DNA of 64,000 bases from Botryllus schlosseri. Lineage: Eukaryota. This document shows positions 49,499-62,199 of the stretch, in pieces. The stretch covers positions 1,302,001 through 1,366,000 of the forward strand of contig JBPPKV010000017.1 in assembly GCA_051294905.1 (NCBI GenBank). Reading direction: 5' to 3'. Every line of letters begins with the position of its first letter. Within the stretch, counting starts at the first letter, position 1. A model generated the notes under the pieces. It saw only the letters and a program-made list of their open reading frames with translations, had not been told where the DNA came from and did not search any database. Position numbers and translations under genes: made by a program.

Positions 49499-52180
49499 GT
49501 TATGCCATGTCCTCTAAATATCTGGCTTCACATGTCTGACCTATGAATGTTTTCAGTTTAATAACATCCATGCAACGTGAGTAAGTATTTATTCTTAGCC
49601 TTTGTCGAAAAGAGAGTTTATTCTTATTATGTTTCGCAGTTTGCACTTTGTTTTGATTTCAAAAAAACTGTTTTATTATATTTTATCCCGAAAACGATTG
49701 TCATTGGGGTTAGAGAATTCTCCAATAATGAGTAATGTCGTTCATGCATCCTTTGTTTGGAGCAAGAGGATTGTCGGCAGACTTTCTTCACTCATTTAAT
49801 GGCATCGGCGTTTCGTATTTTCCTATAAATACCTTCAAAGGAATCCTAATTTATCAACAGGTGGTATTTGCAGACAATTGCGCCTCGCTATGATTTGCCA
49901 GAAACAAGATATTTTCCTGGGTCATAACTTGCGTTGAGATGAGTGCGTCACAGTAGAAACATTTTGAAAGCCTACCTGCACGACTGTATTTGAACAGTCT
50001 TCATGGTTATCAGCAACCTTGCTGGGTGAATTGGATTTGTATCCTACGAAAAATTCCCATCTCACTGGGGTAATTACTGTGCGTTAAAATAACATCCGAG
50101 CTACCAGATCAGGTACGACTTCCTGGTAGATATTTGAATGAGTAATTTCAACAACCGAGCATTGGTTAAGTTGACTGTGTTTTTTTTAGCAGAAAAGGTG
50201 CATCTTGATAGATTATTGAGTTTTCAGTTATAGGCGACATAAGTGGAAATACCTGAAAAAATCCGCAAGGGGGCGATTTGGCGGTCCAGGGGGCGAAAAT
50301 GACGAAGGGGCGACGGGGGGCCAAAATAGCGAAGGGGGCGATAGGGGGGCGATGTCGCGTCAAAACGGCTGACCTTTTTTTTTAGTCAACTCACCGAAAT
50401 TTAGTTACAAAACTGTGTCAAATGAGACATCGAGCTTTTTTTAGTCAGCACGCCGATGATTACAGTTTGTATACCCAATTTTCGGTAAACAAAATTTGGG
50501 GGGTGATGATCGGTGTTGACCTTGAAAAGGGGGCGATGGGTCGAAAAAGATTGGGGACCACTGCTTTACACCAATGATTCGCAACCGCGGCCCCGGGGTC
50601 CGCATTAGCCTTCTTGCGGCCCCAACAAAAATATTGAGAAATCGATTTATGACAAAAAATAAATTATAAAATACTCTTGCTTGGCTTGGAGTCTGGAGTT
50701 TTCAATTAGGATTGCAGGAAAATTGTGAGTAGACTGCTAGGATTACGTCACTGCTGTTTCAATGCAATGTGCCCTAACTTTCCAGTTAAACGAGCAGTAG
50801 ATATAGATATAGGTATTGACAGGACCGTAACTGCCGCACCCCAAGCCCCCCCCCCCAATTGGGGGGAGCGAGCTCGAAGGAGGCCCAATATTATTTAGTG
50901 AATTAGCATGAATTATAGAGTATTTTATGAAATGTTTTGCAACTTTTTCGAAAATTATTCGCGCTGTGCGCGATTTCAAGTTTCCAAGTTGGGTGCTCTT
51001 CTGACAAGATAAAATACGCAAGATTTATAGAAGTGGGCATATCGGCGTTGGCCATTACCTCGCCACGACGCACGAAGACATATAAAGTTTTACGCCATGT
51101 AACATGCGACTCCAAGAAGTGTGCCAGAACGATCGGTAGCGAGAAAACCTTGGCCGAAAAGAACTGCCCTTACGCTAGGGTTACCATATTTTTGTGAAGC
51201 AAATTCCGGACACTCTTTAGCGCCCACTAGTGTATTTTAAAATGGGGTGTAGCACATTGTCCGTCATTATGACGTCACACTAGCAAAGCATTGCCCATCG
51301 ACTGTATAATACACAGGAATGCAGTGGAACTAGTGGAACATAGGTCATGAATTGGGCCATCTGTAATGTGCTATCCGGTGATTGCTACTTGCTAGGGTCT
51401 GCAATCGATTTCTTCACGGGCCGGATGAAATCGTCTGGTGGGCTGTGTCTGGCCTGTCGGGATTGTGCTCGACAGCCCTGCTATACTGTTTGGTTGGTGC
51501 GGCTATCTGGTAATGTGTTATAATCAGGTCCTAAACGACATTTATCATGTCCCCTTCCACCCAAAAAAAGCACTGATCTTGGGCCCACGGGTCCATGGGT
51601 CCACGGGTCGATGTAACTTGTTAGGCACTTAGTATAGGCCTATGCATTTGGCTGTTAAATTTTATCGTCCTCATCAGTAACCAGTTTGTAAAGAAAAACA
51701 CTGGCGGAACGTGTTAGTGCATGCGGTCCGCGGATCGTACTTTGCCCACCCCTGGTTTATACTGTATATTCACACCCGTATCAGGGGTGGTACACTGGTG
51801 GAAATTCACGCTCGTCTTTTCGCTCAGATTGTCGTTTCGATTGTAGCGCCATTTTCCATATTCTATGACCTCGGCAATGGGGAAACTTCGTTTTATCTTT
51901 TTCGGAAATGCCTTTTTCTCAACGGTTGACGTGAGCGCATTCTAGTACAGGGATCTTGCCAATGGATTTGGAGCGTGGAATGCATTCCACGGCGGCATGC
52001 TTCAAAGCGTCATTAAAATTTGAATTCATTGATTCTACATCAATTTAATTTTACTTGCAACGAGATATAGTTTCTTCAAGTTTATAATAATCGAAACAAA
52101 CCATAAATACGTAACATTTATGTCATGTACTATAATGTCGATTAATCACCCAACGAAGATACCGATTCTTTTCGGCGTTC

Positions 52181-52353
52181 TCATTCTCTGGTCAGAGATT
52201 CGATGAGATTTCGATGCTTTGGAAACTTTTTCACCAAATCCTCTCTCTTGCTCATTTCGAAATCTTCGTATTCGAACCCTGGCATAACGGTACCGCCAAG
52301 AAGGGTTTATCTGCCCTTCTTGGGAAATCGCAATCTCGCGACGTAGTAATCCC
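52181..52353 (-). pseudogene. Terminal exon of a Cupin_5 (DUF985)-family gene with an in-frame TAA
   Basis: cacattttag|GDYYVARLRFPKKGR*TLLGGTVMPGFEYEDFEMSKREDLVKKFPKHRNLIESLTRE*, matching the DUF985 C-terminus (L.GCTV.PGF.F.DFE...R..L...FP.H..LI..LTR). Confidence 0.7.
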
Positions 52354-53221
52354 CTAAAATGTGAATATAAAAAGTGGAAGCCACAAGTATACGGTGTATA
52401 GAAATACCAATGAGTCTGAGACCAGAAAAATATCGGCATTGTGACCTCGCGTAGATGGCAACATTGATCTTTAATTCATTGTTGAGCAACCTTATGATGG
52501 TTCACCCGTTAATATAGTTCGTAATGCTGGATAGAAGGGGACCTCATATTTACTGTGACTGTTTTACTGGATATCGGTATGAATAAAAATATAAATTATG
52601 AGTATGACACTGACACATTCCTGAGCAGAGAAGACAATGACGTTGCTTGTTTCCGTCAAGTCACTTTGTCGCCATGTCGCGGATAATTTGAAAACTACCG
52701 TTTGGCCCCATTACGCTATAGTCATGTATCAGATGTGTATAACTTAGTCAGGTGCGGCATATATTTTATTTTGTTGAAGAAAATCTTGGATTCCCAGAAG
52801 ACTTGCACACTAGCATGTTGGCTGCTCGGGGTCATCAAAGGTTAAGAAGCACGGATCTAAACATATATACACATTTTATAAAGAGTCCTAGAAATTCAAG
52901 TATCTACCACTACCTTGATCTCCATGAAAGCACGAATGTCACCTAGCACCAACAATGGAATAAATATATCAGTATATATCAGCCTTCTTTATATGCACGG
53001 TTGCCATACCGTCATTATTTCTAAGATTTGTTCTTATTTTGAAAGGCCATGTCTTTGAAAACTCAATCGTCCATATTTTTAAGAAATGTCCTTATTTTCG
53101 ACTCGCGTCCTACTTTGTCTTATTTTCAACAACTACAAAACTTCGATTGTTTTCGCCTAGTATCCGTGTTGTATAATTTCTAAATTATGCTTTTGCATCG
53201 TGATTTTATGACACCATAAAT

Positions 53222-54475
53222 CAGTGGTTCCCAACCTTTTTCCACCCGCGTACCATTTCGAGGTGTTATGCAGTGCTCGCGTACCACCTACAAGTTACGC
53301 GCGCCGCAGACTGTAAAAAATGTTCTCACCATTTATGACGTCATAAGCACGTATTGGACCTATGCGAGGTGTAATAACAAATTCCATTAAACTAGGCATC
53401 ATCGGTCAGGACTGATGGGATGCATGGAATTGTTTTTCACCACCAGTCACAAGAAGAACATCAACATAATGAATTAACAACAAACAACAAAAGTCAATTT
53501 ATTTAATGCGATGGCTGCATTTGTTTATTTTCCACTAGCTCAGGGGCGGCCAATCTTTTCGAGCAAAGGGCCACATGAGATTTGCGAACTATTGCGCGGG
53601 CCACTTAAATGGTGATGACCATTTTTAGCCACCCGGTAGGAACGAACCGGATTAGGTAATGATGAAAACAAGACTTATATTACTACGCATCAAAATCGAT
53701 AACAATTATGTCATCAAAAGTCAATGTGCACAGTGCACTCATGAAGTAACCGCGCCAAGCGCGAAAATTATTCAAAGTTAGTGAATGAGTTCGACCAATA
53801 CCAATGTCACTTGCATATATTGCGGGTCACCTCTGTACACCACTGGACTCACTTTGCAAACACAGGATTACTCGGACATAATAATAGCGACGATTTCGGT
53901 GAACATGCGTCTATCATTTTGTGTCAAAGTTTCACCACCGATCATCTTCATCATATTATCTGAGAGTGCAGACGCGAAGTCGGATGTTGGACGGCACGTT
54001 CTCTCATAATTGCCAATATAGTCAATTAGGTAGATTGGGCATATTTTTATATTCAGGAAGGGCTACAAGAGCAAGAAATTAGTGACAATAAATCGCGCGA
54101 AGTGTCAAGAAAAATACCAAGCCAAATAAATATATCACGAAATATTCTACTTTATGATCATATAGGGAGATCTACGGAAAATGTTGCTGTCCAATGGCTA
54201 CGTCAATGCGTCGGAACTGGTATTTTAATTCATAAGTCATTGGGGATGAAAATCCTTGCTCGCACTCCCACGTATAAAGGAAAATTAACAGCTTGGGGAA
54301 TAGCGTGAGAAGCTAGCGTCGAATACGTGGAGGCGATGCTACAAAAAACTCAAAATCAACCCCACCTGAACTAATAACTCCCTTCGGTCGAAAAAAAACA
54401 GAATCTAATCGCGTACCACCTGGGAGACCTTCTCGTACCACTAGTGGTACGCGTACCACAGGTTGGGAACCACTG
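53222..54475. mobile_element. hAT-type MITE, 1254 bp, nested
   Basis: TIRs CAGTGGTTCCCAACC / GGTTGGGAACCACTG; perfect TSD CCATAAAT; cgtaccac repeats; contains another MITE left end at 53541. Confidence 0.9.
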
Positions 54476-54941
54476 CCATAAATAAAAGGAACTCCCGTGG
54501 TGTTGGCTACAGACCACATGATTCGACTTCTAAGTGGTGAGATAGCTATGGCGATAGTGGGTGGTATAGCAGTTTCGGCTGTCCCAAGATATCGCAGCGG
54601 ACGTCGTATTAGCAGAAAACAGCAGTTCCGGGTTTCTGCTGTTTAGTCTAAATCTAACAAGCTGTGGGGAAGGCAGCATTTATTACGTTGTGAAAAAGGA
54701 GCAATACAGTCGACACTTGTGCTATGAAGTAGTAAAGCTATAAATCATTGATAATTTTTTTTAATCATATTGCGCCTATAGTTTAAGGCTAAATTTGAGT
54801 TGTAATGAGGAAGCGTAAAAACGTTATTCGTAACGATTATGAGAGAGCATTCAAAGGTATCAAAATAAGCTTGACGGGCGAGTGTTTCGCACATTGCAAT
54901 ATCTGCAATTGTGACATTAACCTGGGAGCCATAGGAAATAC

Positions 54942-55771
54942 TAGGGATGGTGTGAACCTCTGAAAGGTTCAGGTTCGTGTGAACGCGAACCTTTTTGAAA
55001 GGATCTGTGTGAACACGAACGTTAACCTCATGACGTCACATGACGTCATATTGCTAAAGTTCCAGTCCTATCTTTTCATGAAGTGATAGGCTTTGTACAC
55101 GATAGCTAGCGACGACTATGGCCACATAATGCCACAATACTGAAGTACATATTAGCGTTTTAAACGTCGCCAAATTTATCAACCGAGGCAATTAATTATA
55201 TAATAATCCCATAAATTAAATATCTTCCGACGCTTTACCGACAATTTCGACGAGGACTTGCCAGGGAATATAAGCTTACGACCTAAAAGTCTATAGGCCA
55301 GACCGGAAAATGCATTCGGTGTATGATTATTGCTATATGGATATTGAGCTCAATCTCATTTATTGGTCGGGTGAGCATCATTCGCTGACTACATGTCGTG
55401 TATTTCGCTCTTGATGTCGTGTGATTGCGGGCTAATATCGCAGCAGAGAGTCACTAAATTTTCACAACCGGAAAGCTGGATATTTCGAGCAAACTTTTGT
55501 AACAAAGCAAGTAAAGTTTTTGAGATTGTCAATGGGCAGGGCATGCTCGTTCTGTGTTGATTTTTGATGCTACCAACATACACATAGAGTGGCCCGCAGT
55601 TGAAATGCAATAAATTCGAATCAAAGATGTATTAATTAGGTGAAAATTGTAATATATGATAGAGCTTCACAGTGCAGAACCTACCAAGGTTCTGTTGTGA
55701 ACGTGAACCTCTAGATTTCCGAGGTTCACATACAGAACGCGAACGTGAACCTCACGTTCACACCATCCCTA
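54942..55771 (+). mobile_element. hAT-type MITE (TAGGGATG family), 830 bp, nested
   Basis: TIRs TAGGGATGGTGTGAAC / GTTCACACCATCCCTA; perfect TSD GGAAATAC. Confidence 0.92.
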
Positions 55772-55946
55772 GGAAATACCGCTCTTTCAACTAGCACAGA
55801 GTATTCTAATTTTTCGAATGTCCTTATTTTTGGGTACTTGTCGATGGCAACCCTGTTTACATGCCTACCGATATAGAGTTCCCATTGTCAGCTCATTGTA
55901 AATCATAAACGGTCAAATGAAACAAATAGGTTGAGCATAACAGCAT

Positions 55947-56643
55947 GGTATGCAAATTAGGTGTTTTCCCAAATAATGTCAAAATTGTACCCGTTATCTA
56001 CATTTCCGGTTGTAACTGGCTGTCCCAACGTAGTAGTTTGGCCTGAAAAATCGCTTTTGGCTTAAAAACAGGCAACTTTGTACATATAAAAAACAATATT
56101 TTAACGAAATCTGGCTTTATGAAGAATTCCAGTGGTTGCAATACGTATTATGGTGGAAATAATTTTAAAAAATTGTAGTACAACGAGAGATACTTTCCTA
56201 TATTCTTGGGTAAAAAGTCCTTACTTGCCAAGGACGTTCAACAGCAGCAGTTGTTGGCTTACAACACGCAAGTTGAGCAATGTGCATACACTACTGGTGA
56301 CGCACCATGTTGCTTCATTCTGACAATGTTGTCTATTACAATTTTTCATCATGCGCTTCTCAATATAAAAATGATATGATATTGCGGTACGTTGACCATT
56401 GACCGTTGATGATTCAGTATGAGCAGACAACGCGCCGTTTACAACGGTAGGCCTATAAAGTAGACTACAAGCTGTAAAATATCAAATGATACGTTCACAA
56501 ACAGTACAACATCTACGATACAAACGAAATAAAGACGTCAAAAAAATTTTGACTTTATGAACAATTTTGACAAATTTTGACCTAACGCTACAATTTTGAC
56601 AAAATTTTGACAAATTTTGACATGTCAAAAAAAAACCGCCCTA
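55947..56643. mobile_element. Left-truncated second copy of the 4368-5179 MITE
   Basis: Collinear homology from tatgcaaattaggtgttttccc to gtcaaaaaaaaaccgcccta. Confidence 0.85.
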
Positions 56644-58024
56644 GTCATGACCAGTCCGTGATTGTCGCGCATCTAAAATGTTGTGCCTATAACTGATCGG
56701 AAAATCCCAGAAATATTCAGCAGCAAACGAGTCATTGATAAACCGGTAGCCTAAAGAAGTGGAACTATAAGACGGTATAGTCGCGTCGACTTGTCTGGCA
56801 AACGGCGAGTGATCTCAATTTCACAGACATTGCTTGAGTGGAATGTGACCACTCGTGGAAATCGTCTAGCCACAGTTAGAATACGGTAACTTTCTGGCAG
56901 GGTTGAAACCAAGTCACAAGGCTCCGAGTCACAAGTCAAACTCAACCTCACTTTTATAGTTTTGACTAGAATCAAGTCGCGTCATTTTCAATTTACCTCC
57001 TAGTCAAGACCGAGTCCAAGTCACCGAGAAGATGGTCGAGTCCGAGCCATGGTCATGACTCGACTCCGAGTTTAAGTCAATTTGTTGACTGGTTAGTTTC
57101 CAGGTAAAGTTTTGGTAAACCCACTTTTTATAACGATGTCTGGTGATATCAATTGTTTCCCACTTATAATATACTAATTTCCTCAGTTTTAACAGTTTCT
57201 GGTCGCATTTTCAAGTATCAGTACCAATAGACGTAATCCCAATAGTGTGGTTACTTTACTATTCTTCAAAATTACAATGAAATGTCGGTCTTGGCAATCT
57301 GAGTCACGACGTATGTTTCAATTCACTGTCACAGATTCTGACAATAAAGTATTGCACCGGTTGTTAACCAGCAAACGGAATTGTTGTTTCATCTTTAGTC
57401 TTGGTAACTGAAACGATTACATTTGTAAAGTATTTTCTGATATCTGCGATACCCAGAGTGATTTGTATCAAGGTGGAATGATTTGTCAATCAAGAACATT
57501 TCAGACACGTATAGTTTTACAACTCAATATGTTAATAGCCATGATAGTGAAAAGTTTGTTGCTGTCATAATAACCTTCACCACATCGGCGGGTCTAATTA
57601 ACACAAATAAATTAGTAATCAAGTCATGATAGACCATTACAAAATCCCATATGTCAAATCGATGTGACAATCCTTATGTTTACATCATGATAATTTTCGA
57701 TATAACACCTGCGTTCGATTGTAAGAAATGAATTCTCAACTACGACGGCCAGACTTTCAAATCTTGTATACTCAAACATATTAGGTTAATCTCAAGGCGT
57801 CTGCATCGAGTAGTAATTACTTTTGTCGTACAAAATCTATCGAGTAATAATTACTTTGTCTTGCAGAATATACCACGTAGTAATTCCTCTATCTTACAGA
57901 ATAGTAACGAATTTTAAAGTTGAATAAAAGAACTTTGAATCTTTCACGGCTTTTCTAACGTCCACTTACAAATGAATATAACCTTGTTTGTAACACGAGC
58001 TTTGGCGTCGCCACTCCTTCATCA

Positions 58025-58476
58025 CGTGGGGCGGGCAACATACGACCGGCGACGAGGTCGTGAGCAGCCCGCAGACAGTTACCGGTCTCACATGATAATG
58101 TGGCCATGTCTACATTACATTTGCGAGCAAACCTTTTCGACCATGAACATTAACGAGACAAATCTGCGTTCCAATCCAACGTTGCTAAGGGTTGCTACGT
58201 ACGACATGCTTCCAGAGTTCAAAGAACGTGTTGACAACTTTGATCTACCACAGATGTCTCATTGACTTCAAAAGCTCCTGAAGTACATTACGGTAATAAA
58301 TTCATTGGGTGCTTTTTGGTCTCTATGAGTTAAACATGAAGTTCACAATAAATACGAGTTGTTCCTTGTATATAGATCGATAAATACGCGATTAATGTAT
58401 CCATTCAATAATCCGCCCGCCAAGTAGTTAATTTTCCCATATTCGGCCTGCCGACCAGAGAAGTTGCCCGCCCCTG
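58025..58476 (+). mobile_element. hAT (Charlie/SPIN-like) deletion derivative retaining the transposase C-terminus (58109-58265)
   Basis: STYICEQTFSTMNINETNLRS..LLRVAT..P.F..V..QMSH*; right TIR gttgcccgcccctg; degenerate left TIR ggggcgggcaac. Confidence 0.75.
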
Positions 58477-60113
58477 TGTTAAAGCGAAAGTATGGTTCTG
58501 TTAGACATTGTACGACGGCTCGTTGCTACTCGAGAGTTTCGAAATAATGCTCTTCGGGTGTGATAGCAGTCTTGTACTGCATACGCTATGAAGCATATTA
58601 TACTCAAAACCTCATGTCCACTCGCTTCACGGAGCGACTATCATACTCTACCTATACGATTTCACATTAAATATCTATGTTAATAATAAAATTTGGGGTT
58701 GATAATGATAAAGTCATGGATTTCACGACGCTATACCTCAATTAGTACGAATTTTATCTACGCGTCTAAGTCGTTTGATGATTCTAAGTGAGCCGCTGCT
58801 GATTTTCGTTCTTTTTGCTCCACGTCGGACTGAATTCGTTATTGATCACTTTTATAACGAAGATTACGTTAGATCCATAGAACTGTAAGCATGGCAAGAT
58901 CAATGTTGATACTGATGACTGTTTGTCTGCTGACCGTCTTGCTGAGTCAACACGGAGTCGAGTCCAATTGCACGTAAGTGTCGCTACAATATTTTTCCGC
59001 TAAGTTGACGCGATTCGACGCCTAGGAATGTAGGGTTGCTTCCGAAATTCAAAGTAGTCAGCGTTTCTAGGCAAGTGGAAGTAGAAGAAATGGCGAAATT
59101 CATACTCAAGTATCATTAAAAGTCTCCATTTACATGACAGGCGGGAAAGGAGAGGACGTAATATATTACGTCGTTGATGTGTTTGTGGCGTATGCATATT
59201 ACGTGCACACGTTCGGTACATATGCATACCATGAGTGCATGATGTGCATATACCGCTGGACAAGGAAGGCATAGATGTAGTCTTGTAAGGCTTGTACCAC
59301 CCCGCCATGCTACCACGGTAATGCTTAGCGCCAAGAGGGAAAGTCATGGATACCAGTGTTTCTGATCAGGTCTTTTGTCTGACCCGGACGGGGATGAAAC
59401 TCACGACCAACACTGATCAAGAAGCCAGACGCTTCACCATTACGCTATCTCGTCGGTTGAAGTAGTTGAATTACATTGTTATTGACCAAGTCTGCTTGAG
59501 ATTGGACAGTGTTTTCAGTCTGAAATGTATTTGCCCACTGTTCTTTTTTTTATTTAAAGAAAAATTTGGCACTTACCACCTGTTGGTCTTTTACACCACG
59601 GACAATAATGGCGTAAGTAGAAATGAAAAGCAGTCAATGATGGCGTACGTCTTGGTTAGAAAGACATAATACCGTTAAAAATCGCGTCGCGGGCCACATT
59701 TGGCGCAATCTCGGCGACGACGAACTATGTTCGCAAATCAAAATATCGAAGTGATTATATTGGAATCTGCTTTGTATATGACAGCGATTTCAAGTTTCAA
59801 GTCAGCCCTTTCTTATCTTTTGATAACTCGAGCCTTGACACACATCTTCTGAACGTTATGTCTTAGCATTAGCGGATATATCAATTAGGCTATAGGCCTA
59901 CGCCAATTACGGTTTGAGGCGAACCGCGCAGATTCGATGTTATTCAGGTTCAAGATGTCACTCAACTTATTCAACGGTAGAGTTGATGGAGAGGGCAAGT
60001 GAATGACGTGTCCACGGCCGCACAAATTTCCTTCTATGGCCGCTGGTTGGCCAGCCCTGGTTTACACGAATGGAAATTTCAAATTAAGTAGGCCTACCTT
60101 CCCAAGTGAATAG

Positions 60114-61064
60114 CAGTGTTGGGATGACTCGAGTCATGACTTGACTCGAGTCAGACTCGAGTCACCTTTTTCGTATGACTTGACTTGACTCGAGTCACTT
60201 TGCTAAAATGACTTGATGACTTGACTCGGCGTATCAGAAATGTGGATTGACTCGTGACTCGGAGCAAAATTCACGAGTCAATTTCAAGTCATCAAGTAAA
60301 AATCACTTTATCTTGCATATGGTCGGATTGTTCGCCAAACACTTGTGTAATCCATGAGAGCGACCGATCATTCCATGATCGTGCGTCTTACTGAGCTTAA
60401 AATATTCTCTCACAAATATATTGACCACAAACGAAGTGATCGAAGCTACAGCTTACGTTGTCGTAAACTAGTAGTAAAGTAATTTAATAGCAAAATAGAT
60501 ATTTCTGTTCTCTGTTCTCACCTTAACCGAACCTCTTGTTTTATTGAAATTGAAATCGAATATAGTTTATATACTCCTCAACCATTGGCACGGACTCGAA
60601 TTTTATCAATCGATATGTATAAATGTATTGCATCTTATCAATTCGATTCTCTCTTCTCTATCTCGGCTGATAACTATAAACTGAGGCTATGCAATTACTT
60701 AAGTAGTTTAACAGTTCTACGTATATGCGAGCGATACAGCCCCTTATTGCATGCATATTTAACTCTAAATTCGTTCATCGGTTCAGAATCAATGACCAGT
60801 CAATCTGTTATTCAGACACATAGCGAAATGCAATGACATAATCATGCTTCATACTTCGAAAAGGCAACTTGACTTGATTTATGACTTGACTCGTGACTTG
60901 ACTTGACTTGACTCGACTTGACTCGAGTCACCTCCAAAAATCGAGTGACTTGACTTGACTCGAGTCACCTTCGAAAATCGATTGACTTGACTTGACTCGA
61001 GTCAAAATGTGCAATGACTCGAAATGACTCGTGACTCGAAGGTAGTGACTTGATCCCAACACTG
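60114..61064. mobile_element. hAT-type MITE, 951 bp (GACTCGAGTC/GACTT repeat family)
   Basis: TIRs CAGTGTTGGGAT / ATCCCAACACTG; perfect TSD GTGAATAG. Confidence 0.92.
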
Positions 61065-61682
61065 GTGAATAGTATATTGATATTGAAATGAACCCGAATA
61101 TTTTCAGCTGACACTCGTCATTTTGATAAAAGTCGGCCTCTACCGTCAATCAATCAGGTTTATTATTATTTTCATCGTTTCAAAACATCACAAGACTGCG
61201 ATACAATGAAAAGTTAGGAAGGTGTCGAAACAACTTGGATTAGCCATTAAGATCAGACACCCACCTTAGCCTAGGCCAGTGGTTCCCAACCTTTTTCATC
61301 TCGTGGCTCCCTTGGCCGAAATTTAAGCCAAAATTCCCCCCTTAGGAAAAATCTGCCCGATGAATAAAAAAGGTCATTTTTACCGCACAAACACCTGTTG
61401 ACTGAGAGAATAAGATGGGCGGTACCGAGTGTTTGTTTCTAGCAGTACTGTGACAACACTTTGTAGACCTCCAAAAGCAATGGTCTTGATCCCAATCAAA
61501 CAAATTCTGGAAGGCTTGACTCAACAGACCCCCACACTTCCATTTGTGTTTTCGGCTTACCATGCACCAATCGCTAATATAACTGCTGTGAAAATCAGTA
61601 TTCATAAATTTACTGGTCTCGCGATATTTTGCTCAAGCTTCCATATGCATTTGGCCAATACTATTGGTACTTTCATATATAG

Positions 61683-62199
61683 CAGGGTTGACCAGACTCG
61701 AGTCGAACTCGAGTCACCATTTTCTGATGACTCGACTTGACTAGAGTCATTTTCTCAAAATACGGAAACGACTCGACTCGACTCGAGACAATCTGGGTAT
61801 TGACTCGACTTGGACTCGAGTCATTGTGCATGACTCGAACCAAGCCATATGATTCCAGACTATAAGACGGCCAAGACCGACATTTCATTGTAATTTCGAA
61901 GAACAGTAAAGTGATCACTCTATTGGAATTTCGTCCATTGATCCTGGTATTTGACAATGCGACAAGAAACTGCTCAAAGTGAGGAAAATTAGTATATCAT
62001 CAATCCAAATCATTCAATATCACCAAACAGTGTTGACTGGAGTGTGACTTGAACTCGGACTCGAGACATAATACCATGACTCGGACTCGACCCTCTGCTC
62101 GGTGACTTGGACTCGGACTTGACTCAATGATGAATTGAAAATGACTCGAATTCACTCGAGTCAAAACTATGAAAACCTCGTGATTTGGATACAGCCTTG
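61683..62199. mobile_element. hAT-type MITE, 517 bp (gactcga repeats)
   Basis: TIRs cagggttg / cagccttg (degenerate); TSD atatatag/atatataa. A related left arm lies at 56898-~57080. Confidence 0.7.

Larger units (their letters stand above)
52996..55855. mobile_element. hAT-type MITE (~760 bp core) expanded to 2860 bp by two nested MITEs
   Basis: TIRs ca(c)ggttgcca / tggcaaccctg; TSD tttatatg/tttacatg (7/8); gtccttatttt subterminal repeats at both ends. Confidence 0.75.

Noticed and set aside
60114-62199. CRISPR-like or regulatory array of GACTCGAGTC repeats
   Set aside because: Irregular spacing, no unique spacers, and enclosed by TIRs with 8-bp TSDs: these are MITE subterminal repeats in eukaryotic DNA.
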